Assembly: GCA_030704615.1 (NCBI GenBank)
Contig: CM060733.1
Coordinates: 75,454,001-75,518,000 of the forward strand
Origin: Takakia lepidozioides
Lineage: Eukaryota; Plantae; Bryophyta
Direction: 5' to 3'
DNA length: 64,000 nucleotides
The position numbers and the translations under genes are program-made. Below the pieces are notes generated by a model, which did no database searches, was not told where the DNA came from, and worked only from the letters and a program-made list of their open reading frames with translations. Positions 62,601 through 64,000 of this stretch are shown in pieces. Position 1 is the first letter of the stretch. Every line of letters starts with the position of its first letter.

Positions 62601-64000
62601 TTACCGCTTCAAAGTCAAGAGCTTGAGTGCTAGTGCTTCTTGCTCAGCCAATGACAACTTGTCCACCCTACCGCGTCCCTGCCTCTGGGCTCCCTCGCCC
62701 TTGCTCCCATTCCTATCTCTTCTAGTCTCGACCACCACCGAATCCCCTTCACTGTCTTCACTGGCACTCCTCCCTACAGCCTCAACACTCTCATTTCTGC
62801 TCTGTCTCAATCCCTTTCCTTGCCTATTATTCCATTTCCTGTCGGGCTCGTCTTCACCCTCACTAACACTAACATCACATGCACCCGGAGAGTCATTTGC
62901 CAAACGAGCCCCTTCCTCCTCATCAGAACTCTGGGATGTGGCTCTATCTTTCCATTTCTGTTTTTGTCTTTTTTCACGCAATCGCTGCTTTTCCAACAAC
63001 CGATCCTCCCGGTCGCACTGCTTCATTTCCACCTTTAGTCGCATGAAGCGATCTCCAGCAGCTGTGGCCATCTCTTCATTCATAGCTGTACAGGCCCAAA
63101 GGCCCCAGGAAGATATCAGCACTTAATCTCACTCTCACCATTGGGATCCAGCTTGCATGGAGCAGAGCATGTGCGAGGAATTTTAAATCCCTGGTGAATC
63201 CACTTGTATTTCATATGATTCAATCCCACTGCAAATCTATGGTATTCTCAATTAAAACACACTCAAAGCTGTTGTCTCCACAAATCAAACCCTGTTAGCA
63301 CTCACACCCACACTTGATTTTCACATCTGGAATCTCCTCGCTGACATTACACATGACTACACTATTTAGAAACAATTACTTGGATGAAATGAAGGGTCTT
63401 ATGCTCTACCTGTGGAGCTGCAAAGCTCACTCCTTTCTTGGGCAAGAGCTGCGAGCGGGGGCATAACATTGCCCTCATCATCAAATACCATGCGCTGCGA
63501 TCCAGCTCTGCTAGGATCAATCTTCAGCTTCTTCTTCTTCAACACCTTCACACCTGAGCTGCTGCACAGACAAAGCAATCCCCTCTTCCTTTCAGTGATG
63601 TGCTCCATTCACATACTGTACCTATACACTAGACGAATGATTGACAGACATGTTGCACTCATACTCCACCCTCACTCTCATACTAATAAAAACCATGAAG
63701 ACTTCACGCGGTAAAGGGCAGCACCTTCACCTTTTTGTAACAACCTGGGTAGCATTTCTCTCCACCTCATCCACACTTTCCCGGGGTCTCTTCCTGGTCA
63801 GAAACTCATCCTCATAGTTATCTGGTACCAGCCCTTTCCTGCCCCCATCCTCCGATGCATCATGTGCTCTAATTTTCTCAAAAGCTGATGACAACACATT
63901 CTCATTTTTTCGATTGAACAGACGGTCAAGTTTGCTTCTTTTCTTTGGGACTTTTTCAGAGCCACCATATCCCTGCTTGATCACCGCAATCTCCTCATTG
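62601..64000 (-). CDS. 3' end of a DDX10/Dbp4/RH32-like DEAD-box RNA helicase; exons >64000-63731, 63561-63410, 63085-62601
   Basis: SKLDRLFNRKNENVLS, KKLKIDPSRAGSQRMVFDDEGNVMPPL, DREDRLLEKQRLREKR, LAEQEALALKLL*, as in the Dbp4/DDX10 C-terminal tail; the helicase core lies outside the window. Confidence 0.82.

Overview
Gene-dense nuclear DNA from a land plant, probably a non-seed plant (bryophyte or lycophyte; inferred, not certain). Multi-exon genes were reconstructed by hand from splice sites and protein motifs: SYP61-type syntaxin (5'-truncated), Mg-chelatase CHLI, an F-box gene, a secreted Pro/His-rich PLAT protein, a PHO1-family SPX-EXS phosphate exporter, GatC, DNA polymerase zeta REV3 (with a U12-type intron), a CYP71-clan P450 and the 3' end of a DDX10/RH32-like DEAD-box helicase. 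A transposon island at ~46-58 kb holds a hAT element, a MULE with a nested deleted Ty3/gypsy chromovirus, a Tourist MITE and a Harbinger-like element carrying a PPR-DYW fragment. LINE 3' relics occur in several introns. The most notable observation is that the exon upstream of the F-box ORF encodes a divergent SKP1-like domain that can splice in frame to the F-box exon, giving a candidate SKP1-F-box fusion or a tightly linked pair. All homology calls are by eye; no searches were run.
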